DNA of 64,000 nucleotides from Callorhinchus milii (Eukaryota): assembly GCF_018977255.1 (NCBI RefSeq), contig NW_024704743.1, positions 54,748,001 through 54,812,000 of the forward strand, read 5' to 3'. Below the pieces are notes generated by a model. The model saw nothing but the letters and a program-made list of their open reading frames with translations, searched no databases and was not told the DNA's origin. The position numbers and the translations under genes were made by a program. Below, one piece after another: positions 26,734 through 38,400 of this stretch (the stretch's first letter is position 1; the number at the start of each line of letters is the position of its first letter).

Positions 26734-27178
26734 TTTTTTTTTGGTCAGCCGTGTGTCCTGACGTGTGGTAACCCATCACCACGCTTAAACCAAACTGAGA
26801 ATTCCGTGCATCCCACCTACGCGTGGAAATCCCAGAGATAGATTGCTGAAATGGAATGCGCTCTTTCTCCCTGGAAGGACACATCCTGCTTACCCAACAG
26901 TATTAGGCGCAAATTGGCTAGAGCCGAGGCTTGGGGGCCCCAGAATGTGCGTTGGGGAAACTGCTGGAGTCTGACCAGCTAAAGCCACGTAGCTTGCCAT
27001 TGATATCACTGTCTGGCAAGCTTTCCTGCCGCTTGTCCAGCTTGGACCACCCTACCCCGTTAGGGCTTTGGCTTGCAGGATTAACGGGAGCTGAATGGGA
27101 CAATTCCCTGCACCCAGTGACTGGTCTGCCCTTTCAGAGCCTGCCGATGAACCAGATCCCTGGAGCCAACAGGGCCGA
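26734..27178 (-). mobile_element. Unclassified interspersed repeat with a terminal stem-loop and oligo(A) (also 31493-31937 and 36140-36584)
   Basis: Diverged relatives at 42831-43030 and about 10184-10232. The minus strand ends GTCAG-loop-CTGAC-C-A9. Confidence 0.55.
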
Positions 27179-27575
27179 TAACAACAACAACAGCAGCAAC
27201 AACTTATATTTACAAAGTACCCTTCAGTACCCTGTAGCGTCTTGGAGTGCTTAACAGCGATGTGGTGTGAAGCCGAGCTGGAAAGAGAGGGGAGGTAACC
27301 GAAGGCATATCGAAGAGAAAAGTCGTCAGGTGTGAATGAAAGATGGGCAAAGAGGAGACAAGACGGAGGGATTGAGGCAGAGAGTTTAAGAGATTAAACA
27401 GTCACTACACTTCAAAAGTTCTCCTGTTAGACATCCTGTTAGATGTGCTCCTGATGTATAAGGATATGGTTATTGTTATATTTATTACTTTATTTATTAT
27501 TTTATTTATTACTGATGATTGGAGGTGTGAAAGGACAGACTGGAAAGTGTTCAGACTGTAAACATTCAGCAAGCT

Positions 27576-27902
27576 GGAGTCCTGTAGCTCAGTGGTTAGC
27601 GCACTCGTTTTGCAAGCGAGAGACCTGAGTTCAATTCCAGGCACAGGGCGAAACCTTGGGCAAGTTTCCTTACTCCAAACAGAGCCTAATAATAATCCCT
27701 CCAAAAAAACAAGAACAATAATAAATTGGTCATTTTCAATCTACGACTGATTGGGGGACATTGCTGTGCGCAATTGGCTGCCGCGTTCGCCCACAAATAT
27801 ACAGTCAATTCACTTTACATTGTGTTCTGTGAAGCGCTTTGGGACATCCTCCCGACGTGAAAAGCGCTATATCAAATGCAAGGATTATTATTATTATTAT
27901 TA
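27576..27902 (+). mobile_element. Full-length tRNA(Ala)-derived SINE in unit 1 (duplicated at 32335-32661 and 36982-37308)
   Basis: Same structure as 22049, flanked by aagct on both sides (candidate target-site duplication). Confidence 0.92.
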
Positions 27903-28288
27903 AGCTGCGTAGTGTCATGTGGAGTGTCAATAGTCCAAGGTAAATAGAGGAAGAGAACTATAGGCAATTAACAGAGGCTTGCTGAGTAACAGATTCATAA
28001 TTGTGGGGACAGCAATTGCCTGAATGTAACTGGCAGAAATCCAATGTTGGTCAATAAAACTGATCATTGCTGTTTCCTTCTCTTGTGGTATGGGTGCTTC
28101 CTCTCTCTTAGAGGAGAGACAATGAGCTCCTGGCCCATTTCCCCCACATAAACGTGATCACTCATTTCCACAGTCACTACGTTATAGTGAATAATACTCC
28201 TTGCATTTAATATAGCGCCTTTCACGTCAGGAGATGTGCTGGACCTATAAATGCAAGCTGTTGTTGTGTAGGTGAGGTCCCTGCAGAT

Positions 28289-28566
28289 GAATCATAGAAT
28301 CAATATTACAGCACAGAAGGAGGCCATTCAGCCCATCATGCCTGTGCCAGCTCTTTGGAAGAGCTACCCAATCAGTCCCACTCCCCCGCTCTCTCCCCAT
28401 ACGCTTGCAAGTTTTTCCTCTTCAAGTACCTCTCCAATTCCCTTTTGAAAGTTGCGACTGAATCTGTTCGCACCGTCCTTTCAGGCAGTAGATTCCAGAC
28501 CCTAACAACTCTCTGGGTAAAAAAAAATGTCTCCTCCCTCATCTCCTTCTTTTGCCAATTACCTTG
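28289..28566 (-). mobile_element. CR1 LINE 3' end in unit 1 (also 33048-33325 and 37695-37972)
   Basis: gaatcatagaatc terminus (ATTCTATG on the minus strand) and ttccagaccctaacaactctctgggtaaaaa; similar to 61298. Confidence 0.8.
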
Positions 28567-29296
28567 AATTAATTGATTAAATTAATTGGGTGAACATTAA
28601 GGCGCTGCGAAGGCAGGAGGTTCAGGAGGAGATAGTCAGATTGCAGGGCTGTTGCTGCTGCATTCCTCACTGCAATGGAGCTGAAGTGCATACAGCTCCC
28701 TCCCTTCCCTCCCCTCACCCTGATCACTTCACCCTTCCTTGCTCCCTCCCTTCCCTCACCCTGACCATTTCCCCCCTGCTCGGGTCATGACCCAACTGTG
28801 CAGCGCCTTGGGACGTCCTCCTGACGCGAAAGGCGCTTTATAAATGGAATCTTGTTGTTGTTGTTGTCACTCAGTGTGGCTGAAGTAATTGACGGTGACC
28901 CACCGCCGTGCCTTCCTCCCTCCCTGCTCAGCTCCGGCCGAAGCCAAGGTGCAGCCTGCGATGGGGGGGGGGGGGGGGTTGGAGGGGAGGCTGACAAACA
29001 AACAACAATAAAAACAACAACAAAATTACATTTGTAAAGTGACTTTCACGTCCGGGATCATGTCCCAAAGGGCTGGACGGTCCAGAGATTCAGACCCGAG
29101 ATTCCCTGCTGGGCCTGCACTGATATGCCTTCTCCACTCTGGGGGATCTGTGTGGGCCCTTGCAGGGACCGGCCCTCGCAGGGACCGGCAGGGAGGGCGG
29201 GGTGGGGCGGGTCGGGGTGGGGCGGATTGCCTGGTGCCGCCCCCCCCCCCCCCCCCGCCTCCTGCACTCGGTGCAGCCCCATGAGTGAGAGAGACG

Positions 29297-29790
29297 TGTG
29301 TGTGTGTGTGTATCTGTCCCTCTGTCTGTGTTTGTGTGTGTGTGTTGTGTGTGGGGGTGTGTGTGGGTGTGTGTGTGAGGGGGTGTGTGTGTGGGGGCGG
29401 TGTGGGGGGGGTGTGTGTGTGGGTGTGTGTGTGTGTGGGTGTGTGTGTGTGTGTGGGCTGTGTGTGTGGATGTGTGTGTGTGTGTGTGGGGGGGGGTGTG
29501 TGTGTGGGGGCTGTGTGGGTGTGTGTGTGTGTGTGGGCGGGGGGATGTGGGGAGGGGTGTGTGTGTGTGTGGGGGGTGTGTGTGGTGTGTGGGGGGGGGT
29601 GTGTGTGGGGGGGGGGATGTGGGGAGGAGTGTGTGTGTGTGGGGGGGGGTGTGTCTGTGTGGGGGGGGTGTGTCTGTGTGGGGGGGGGGTGTGGGTTGTG
29701 GGGGTGGGGGTGTGTGTGTGTTTGGGGGGGGGGGTGTGTGGGGGGGTGTGTGGGTGTGTGTGTGTGTGGGGGGGGGTGTGTGTGGGTTGG
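29297..29790. repeat. Complex (GT)n/poly-G tract, unit 1 (also 33719-34153 and 38437-38812)
   Basis: Alternating GT dinucleotide runs and G runs, differing in length between units. Confidence 0.95.
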
Positions 29791-29989
29791 GAGGGGTGAC
29801 AGCACATCCCTTCCTGTAGCAGCTCAGGGAGCAGTGGGACCTGAGCTGTGGCCACGCAGTTGTTCTGTGACGACGTCTCGCAGCGGCTGCCGGACCCAGA
29901 ACACCCCCGAACCCCCCCCACCTGGGATAAGGGGGGAGGGCTCACCCCCCCCACACCCCCCCCCCCCCCCACACACACACATACACAAT

Positions 29990-30801
29990 GCCCCGCCCTG
30001 CCAGCCCTGCCAGCCCTGCCCTGCCTGCCCTGCCAGCCCTGCCCTGACAGCCCTGCCTGGCCAACCCCTTCCCTGCCAGCCCTGCCTGGCCAACCCCTGC
30101 CCTGCCAGACCTGCCCTGCCTGGCCTGCCAGCCCTGCCATGCCCTGCCAGTCCTGCCCTGCCAGCCCTGCCCTGCCAGCGCTGCACTGCCTGACCTTCCA
30201 GCTCTGCCCTGCCCAGCCAGCTCTGCCCTGCCTAGCCCTGCCAGCCCTGCCCTGCCCTGCCCTGCTAGCCCTGCCTGGCCAATCCCTGCCCTGCCAGTCC
30301 TGCCTGGCCAACCCCTGCCTGGCCAACCCCTGCCCTGCCAACCCCTGCCCTGCCAGCCCTGCCTGGCCAGCCCTGCCTGGCCAACCCCAGCCCTGCCAGC
30401 TCTACCTGGCCAACCCCAGCCCTGCCAGCCCTGCCTGGCCAACGCCTGCCCTGCCAGCCCTGCCTGGCCAACCCCAGCCCTGCCAGCCCTGCCTGGCCAA
30501 CCCCTGCCCTGCCAGCCCTGCCTGGCCAACCCCAGCCCTGCCAGCCCTGCCTGGCCAACGCCAGCCCTGCCCAGCCCTGCCTGGCCAACCCCAGCCCTGC
30601 CCAGCCCTGCCTGGCAAACCCCAGCCCTGCCCAGCCCTGCCTGGCCAACCCCAGCCCTGCCCAGCCCTGCCTGGCCAACCCCTGCCCTGCCAGCCCTTCC
30701 TGGACAACCCCAGCCCTGCCAGCCCTGCCTGGCCAACCCCAGCCCTGCCCAGCCCTGCCTGGCCAACCCCTGCCCTGCCCAGCCCTACCCAGCCCCTGCC
30801 C
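29990..30801. repeat. Same C-rich minisatellite, unit 2, expanded
   Basis: Directly visible; about 0.8 kb. Confidence 0.95.
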
Positions 30802-33541
30802 CTTTGTCTCCTGCCCTCTCAGAGCAGCGTAGCCCAGAGAGAGAGAGAGAGCCCCCACACCCCAGCTTGAGCCAAGCTCAGCTTTAACCAGTGCTGCTCC
30901 AGGCGACACTATACCCCGAGTTACAGTCACTACACCCCATAGTCAGTCACTACACCCGAAGACAAATCCGTTCTGAAGTTATTCTTATTGATCTCTGAAT
31001 TCCGGTTTGTGAATGTCCAGAAATTGATAACTAATCATTTTCCCCAAATTAACAGCTGATTTGCCCTCACCCTCCAGCAACGCCCCCCCCCCCCCCCCCC
31101 CCCCCTCCCACCGCCCCTCGCTGGCACACGGCTCCATGATCCTGACTGACCGGGGCTTAATCTGATTAAACTAAAGCCCTAGGGATCCGCACCCCAGCTG
31201 GTGGCTGGGGTCAGCAGGGCGGGGAGGGCCAAGGGTAGGAGGGTGACCAAAGAAACGGGTCGAAGAGGAGGGTCTTGAGATGGGTCTTGAAAGAGGTGAG
31301 GCAAACTTCACTCCTGCTCCAAGCGTATATCCGAGGGATGACCAGCCTCTCACCATCAGAGGGTTAAATTCAATTTGTGCTAATTAGTCAATCAATGTCA
31401 CGGAATGACACAGGCTTGACAGCGGGGAGAGTGACTGACACTGAAATCGCCCTGACTGTAAGACTTTCAGACTTGTTTCTGCCCTGCAACTATTTTTTTT
31501 TGGTCAGCCGTGTGTCCTGACGTGTGGTAACCCATCACCACGCTTAAACCAAACTGAGAATTCCGTGCATCCCACCTACGCGTGGAAATCCCAGAGATAG
31601 ATTGCTGAAATGGAATGCGCTCTTTCTCCCTGGAAGGACACATCCTGCTTACCCAACAGTATTAGGCGCAAATTGGCTAGAGCCGAGGCTTGGGGGCCCC
31701 AGAGTGTGCGTTGGGGAAACTGCTGGAGTCTGACCAGCTAAAGCCACGTAGCTTGCCATTGATATCACTGTCTGGCAAGCTTTCCTGCCGCTTGTCCAGC
31801 TTGGACCACCCTACCCCGTTAGGGCTTTGGCTTGCAGGATTAATGGGAGCTGAATGGGACAATTCCCTGCACCCAGTGACTGGTCTGCCCTTTCAGAGCC
31901 TGCCGATGAACCAGATCCCTGGAGCCAACAGGGCCGATAACAACAACAACAGCAGCAACAACTTATATTTACAAAGTACCCTTCAGTACCCTGTAGCGTC
32001 TTGGAGTGCTTAACAGCGATGTGGTGTGAAGCCGAGCTGGAAAGAGAGGGGAGGTAACCGAAGGCAATTCGAAGAGAAAAGTCGTCAGGTGTGAATGAAA
32101 GATGGGCAAAGAGGAGACAAGACGGAGGGATTGAGGCAGAGAGTTTAAGAGATTAAACAGTCACTACACTTCAAAAGTTCTCCTGTTAGACATCCTGTTA
32201 GATGTGCTCCTGATGTATAAGGATATGGTTATTGTTATATTTATTACTTTATTTATTATTTTATTTATTACTGATGATTGGAGGTGTGAAAGGACAGACT
32301 GGAAAGTGTTCAGACTGTAAACATTCAGCAAGCTGGAGTCCTGTAGCTCAGTGGTTAGCGCACTCGTTTTGCAAGCGAGAGACCTGAGTTCAATTCCAGG
32401 CACAGGGCGAAACCTTGGGCAAGTTTCCTTACTCCAAACAGAGCCTAATAATAATCCCTCCAAAAAAACAAGAACAATAATAAATTGGTCATTTTCAATC
32501 TACGACTGATTGGGGGACATTGCTGTGCGCAATTGGCTGCCGCGTTCGCCCACAAATATACAGTCAATTCACTTTACATTGTGTTCTGTGAAGCGCTTTG
32601 GGACATCCTCCCGACGTGAAAAGCGCTATATCAAATGCAAGGATTATTATTATTATTATTAAGCTGCGTAGTGTCATGTGGAGTGTCAATAGTCCAAGGT
32701 AAATAGAGGAAGAGAACTATAGGCAATTAACAGAGGCTTGCTGAGTAACAGATTCATAATTGTGGGGACAGCAATTGCCTGAATGTAACTGGCAGAAATC
32801 CAATGTTGGTCAATAAAACTGATCATTGCTGTTTCCTTCTCTTGTGGTATGGGTGCTTCCTCTCTCTTAGAGGAGAGACAATGAGCTCCTGGCCCATTTC
32901 CCCCACATAAACGTGATCACTCATTTCCACAGTCACTACGTTATAGTGAATAATACTCCTTGCATTTAATATAGCGCCTTTCACGTCAGGAGATGTGCTG
33001 GACCTATAAATGCAAGCTGTTGTTGTGTAGGTGAGGTCCCTGCAGATGAATCATAGAATCAATATTACAGCACAGAAGGAGGCCATTCAGCCCATCATGC
33101 CTGTGCCAGCTCTTTGGAAGAGCTACCCAATCAGTCCCACTCCCCCGCTCTATCCCCATACGCTTGCAAGTTTTTCCTCTTCAAGTACCTCTCCAATTCC
33201 CTTTTGAAAGTTGCGACTGAATCTGTTCGCACCGTCCTTTCAGGCAGTAGATTCCAGACCCTAACAACTCTCTGGGTAAAAAAAAATGTCTCCTCCCTCA
33301 TCTCCTTCTTTTGCCAATTACCTTGAATTAATTGATTAAATTAATTGGGTGAACATTAAGGCGCTGCGAAGGCAGGAGGTTCAGGAGGAGATAGTCAGAT
33401 TGCAGGGCTGTTGCTGCTGCATTCCTCACTGCAATGGAGCTGAAGTGCATACAGCTCCGTCCCTTCCCTCCACTCACCCTGATCATTTCCCCCCTCCTTG
33501 CTCCCTCCCTTCCCTCACCCTGACCATTTCCCGCCTGCTCG

Positions 33542-33717
33542 GGCCCTTGCAGGGACCGGCCCTTGCAGGGACCGGCCCTTGCAGGGACCGGCCCTTGCAG
33601 GGACCGGCCCTTGCAGGGACCGGCCCTTGCAGGGACCGGCCCTTGCAGGGACCGGCCCTTGCAGGGACCGGCCCTTGCAGGGACCGGCCCTTGCAGGGAC
33701 CGGCCCTTGCAGGGACC
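33542..33717. repeat. Perfect 16-bp tandem repeat (GGCCCTTGCAGGGACC)x11
   Basis: 176 bp = 11 exact copies. Unit 1 has 2 copies (29155-29186) and unit 3 has about 10 interrupted copies (38188-38436). Confidence 0.97.
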
Positions 33718-34350
33718 GGTGTGTGTGTGAGGGGGTGTGTGTGTGGGGGCGGTGTGGGGGGGTGTGTGTGTGGGTGTGTGGGTGTGTGGGTGTGTGTGTG
33801 TGTGTGTGTGGGTGTGTGTGTGTGTGTGGGCTGTGTGTGTGGATGTGTGTGTGTGTGTGTGGGGGGGGTGTGTGTGTGGGGGGTGTGTGTGGGGTGTGTG
33901 TGTGTGGGGGTGTGTGTGTGTGTGTGTGGGGGTGTGTGTGTGTGTGTGTGTGGGCTGTGTGGGTGTGTGTGTGTGGGGGGCGGGGGGATGTGGGGAGGGT
34001 GTGGTGTGTGGGGGGGGGTGTGTGGGTGTGTGTGTGTGGGGGGGGGTGTGGGTTGTGGGGTGGGGGTGTGTGTGTGTTTGGGGGGGGTGTGTGTGGGGTG
34101 TGGGGGTGTGTGTGTGTGTGGGGGGGGATGTGGGTGTGTGTGTGTGTGTGGGTTGGGAGGGGTGACAGCACATCCCTTCCTGTAGCAGCTCAGGGAGCAG
34201 TGGGACCTGAGCTGTGGCCACGCAGTTGTTCTGTGACGACGTCTCGCAGCGGCTGCCGGACCCAGAACACCCCCGAACCCCCCCCACCTGGGATAAGGGG
34301 GAGAGCTCACCCCCCCACACCCCCCCCCCACACACACACACACACACAAT

Positions 34351-35458
34351 GCCCCGCCCTGCCAGCCCTGCCCTGCCTGCCCTGCCAGCCCTGCCCTGCC
34401 AGCCCTGCCTGGCCAACCCCTTCCCTGCCAGCCCTGCCTGGCCAACCCCTGCCCTGCCAGACCTGCCCTGCCTGGCCTGCCAGCCCTGCCATGCCCTGCC
34501 AGTCCTGCCCTGCCAGCCCTGCCCTGCCAGCGCTGCACTGCCTGCCCTGCCAGCTCTGCCCTGCCCAGCCAGCTCTGCCCTGCCCAGCCCTGCCAGCCCT
34601 GCCCTGCCCTGCCCTGCCAGCCCTGCCTGGCCAATCCTGCCCTGCCAGCCCTGCCTGGCCAACCCCTGCCTGGCCAACCCCTGCCCTGCCAACCCTGCCC
34701 TGCCAGCCCTGCCTGGCCAGCCCTGCCTGGCCAACCCCAGCCCTGCCAGCTCTACCTGGCCAACCCCAGCCCTGCCAGCCCTGCCTGGCCAACGCCTGCC
34801 CTGCCAGCCCTGCCTGGCCAACCCCAGCCCTGCCAGCCCTGCCTGGCCAACCCCAGCCCTGCCAGCCCTGCCTGGCCAACCCCAGCCCTGCCAGCCCTGC
34901 CTGGCCAACCCCAGCCCTGCCCAGCCCTGCCTGGCCAACCCCAGCCCTGCCAGCCCTGCCTGGCCAACCCCAGCCCTGCCCAGCCCTGCCTGGCCAACCC
35001 CAGCCCTGCCCAGCCCTGCCTGGCCAACCCCTGCCCTGCCAGCCCTTCCTGGACAACCCCAGCCCTGCCAGCCCTGCCTAGCCAACCCCAGCCCTGCCCA
35101 GCCCTGCCTGGCCAACCCCAGCCCTGCCAGCTCTCCCCTGCCAACCCAGCCCTGCCAGCCCTGCCTGGCCAACCCCTCCCTGCCAGCCCTGCCTGGCCAA
35201 CCCCAGCCCTGCCAGCCCTGCCTGGCCCACCCCTGCCCTGCCAACCCCAGCCCTGCCCAGCCCTGCCTGGCCAACCCCAGCCCTGCCCAGCCCTGCCTGG
35301 CCAACCCCAGCCCTGCCCAGCCCTGCCTGGCCAACCCCTGCCCTGCCAGCCCTTCCTGGACAACCCCAGCCCTGCCAGCCCTGCCTGGCCAACCCCAGCC
35401 CTGCCCAGCCCTGCCTGGCCAACCCCTGCCCTGCCCAGCCCTACCCAGCCCCTGCCCC
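34351..35458. repeat. Same C-rich minisatellite, unit 3, most expanded
   Basis: Directly visible; about 1.1 kb. Confidence 0.95.
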
Positions 35459-38400
35459 TTTGTCTCCTGCCCTCTCAGAGCAGCGCAGCCCAGAGAGAGA
35501 GAGAGAGCCCCCACACCCCAGCTTGAGCCAAGCTCAGCTTTAACCAGTGCTGCTCCAGGCGACACTATACCCCGAGTTACAGTCACTACACCCCATAGTC
35601 AGTCACTACACCCGAAGACAAATCCGTTCTGAAGTTATTCTTATTGATCTCTGAATTCCGGTTTGTGAATGTCCAGAAATTGATAACTAATCATTTTCCC
35701 CAAATTAACAGCTGATTTGCCCCACCCTCCAGCAACGCCCCCCCCCCCCCCTCCCCACCGCCCCTCGCTGGCACACGGCTCCATGATCCTGACTGACCGG
35801 GGCTTAATCTGATTAAACTAAAGCCCTAGGGATCCGCACCCCAGCTGGTGGCTGGGGTCAGCAGGGCGGGGAGGGCCAAGGGTAGGAGGGTGACCAAAGA
35901 AACGGGTCGAAGAGGAGGGTCTTGAGATGGGTCTTGAAAGAGGTGAGGCAAACTTCACTCCTGCTCCAAGCGTATATCCGAGGGATGACCAGCCTCTCAC
36001 CATCAGAGGGTTAAATTCAATTTGTGCTAATTAGTCAATCAATGTCACGGAATGACACAGGCTTGACAGCGGGGAGAGTGACTGACACTGAAATCGCCCT
36101 GACTGTAAGACTTTCAGACTTGTTTCTGCCCTGCAACTATTTTTTTTTGGTCAGCCGTGTGTCCTGACGTGTGGTAACCCATCACCACGCTTAAACCAAA
36201 CTGAGAATTCCGTGCATCCCACCTACGCGTGGAAATCCCAGAGATAGATTGCTGAAATGGAATGCGCTCTTTCTCCCTGGAAGGACACATCCTGCTTACC
36301 CAACAGTATTAGGCGCAAATTGGCTAGAGCCGAGGCTTGGGGGCCCCAGAATGTGCGTTGGGGAAACTGCTGGAGTCTGACCAGCTAAAGCCACGTAGCT
36401 TGCCATTGATATCACTGTCTGGCAAGCTTTCCTGCCGCTTGTCCAGCTTGGACCACCCTACCCCGTTAGGGCTTTGGCTTGCAGGATTAACGGGAGCTGA
36501 ATGGGACAATTCCCTGCACCCAGTGACTGGTCTGCCCTTTCAGAGCCTGCCGATGAACCAGATCCCTGGAGCCAACAGGGCCGATAACAACAACAACAGC
36601 AGCAACAACTTATATTTACAAAGTACCCTTCAGTACCCTGTAGCGTCTTGGAGTGCTTAACAGCGATGTGGTGTGAAGCCGAGCTGGAAAGAGAGGGGAG
36701 GTAACCGAAGGCACATCGAAGAGAAAAGTCGTCAGGTGTGAATGAAAGATGGGCAAAGAGGAGACAAGACGGAGGGATTGAGGCAGAGAGTTTAAGAGAT
36801 TAAACAGTCACTACACTTCAAAAGTTCTCCTGTTAGACATCCTGTTAGATGTGCTCCTGATGTATAAGGATATGGTTATTGTTATATTTATTACTTTATT
36901 TATTATTTTATTTATTACTGATGATTGGAGGTGTGAAAGGACAGACTGGAAAGTGTTCAGACTGTAAACATTCAGCAAGCTGGAGTCCTGTAGCTCAGTG
37001 GTTAGCGCACTCGTTTTGCAAGCGAGAGACCTGAGTTCAATTCCAGGCACAGGGCGAAACCTTGGGCAAGTTTCCTTACTCCAAACAGAGCCTAATAATA
37101 ATCCCTCCAAAAAANCAAGAACAATAATAAATTGGTCATTTTCAATCTACGACTGATTGGGGGACATTGCTGTGCGCAATTGGCTGCCGCGTTCGCCCAC
37201 AAATATACAGTCAATTCACTTTACAGTGTGTTCTGTGAAGCGCTTTGGGACATCCTCCCGACGTGAAAAGCGCTATATCAAATGCAAGGATTATTATTAT
37301 TATTATTAAGCTGCGTAGTGTCATGTGGAGTGTCAATAGTCCAAGGTAAATAGAGGAAGAGAACTATAGGCAATTAACAGAGGCTTGCTGAGTAACAGAT
37401 TCATAATTGTGGGGACAGCAATTGCCTGAATGTAACTGGCAGAAATCCAATGTTGGTCAATAAAACTGATCATTGCTGTTTCCTTCTCTTGTGGTATGGG
37501 TGCTTCCTCTCTCTCAGAGGAGAGACAATGAGCTCCTGGCCCATTTCCCCCACATAAACGTGATCACTCATTTCCACAGTCACTACGTTATAGTGAATAA
37601 TACTCCTTGCATTTAATATAGCGCCTTTCACGTCAGGAGATGTGCTGGACCTATAAATGCAAGCTGTTGTTGTGTAGGTGAGGTCCCTGCAGATGAATCA
37701 TAGAATCAATATTACAGCACAGAAGGAGGCCATTCAGCCCATCATGCCTGTGCCAGCTCTTTGGAAGAGCTACCCAATCAGTCCCACTCCCCCGCTCTAT
37801 CCCCATACGCTTGCAAGTTTTTCCTCTTCAAGTACCTCTCCAATTCCCTTTTGAAAGTTGCGACTGAATCTGTTCGCACCGTCCTTTCAGGCAGTAGATT
37901 CCAGACCCTAACAACTCTCTGGGTAAAAAAAAATGTCTCCTCCCTCATCTCCTTCTTTTGCCAATTACCTTGAATTAATTGATTAAATTAATTGGGTGAA
38001 CATTAAGGCGCTGCGAAGGCAGGAGGTTCAGGAGGAGATAGTCAGATTGCAGGGCTGTTGCTGCTGCATTCCTCACTGCAATGGAGCTGAAGTGCATACA
38101 GCTCCGTCCCTTCCCTCCACTCACCCTGATCATTTCCCCCCTCCTTGCTCCCTCCCTTCCCTCACCCTGACCATTTCCCCCTGCTCGGGCCCTTGCAGGG
38201 ACCGGCCCTTGCAGGGACCGGCCCTTGCAGGGACCGGCCCTTGCAGGGACCGGCCCTTGCAGGGACCGGCTGACAAACAAACAACATAAAAACAAACAAA
38301 AAATTAATTTTGCAAAGTGCCTTGCAGGGACCGGCCCTTGCAGGGACCTGTACTGATAATGCCTTCTCCACTCTGGGGGCTCTGTGTGGGCCCTTGCAGG

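Noticed and set aside
27010..27101. HDV-ribozyme-like 3' end GAATGGGAC
   Set aside because: I could not build P1, P2 and P3 in the required order; there is no upstream GTCCCA partner.
33542..33717. CRISPR-like array
   Set aside because: Contiguous repeats without spacers, no cas genes, and a vertebrate context.
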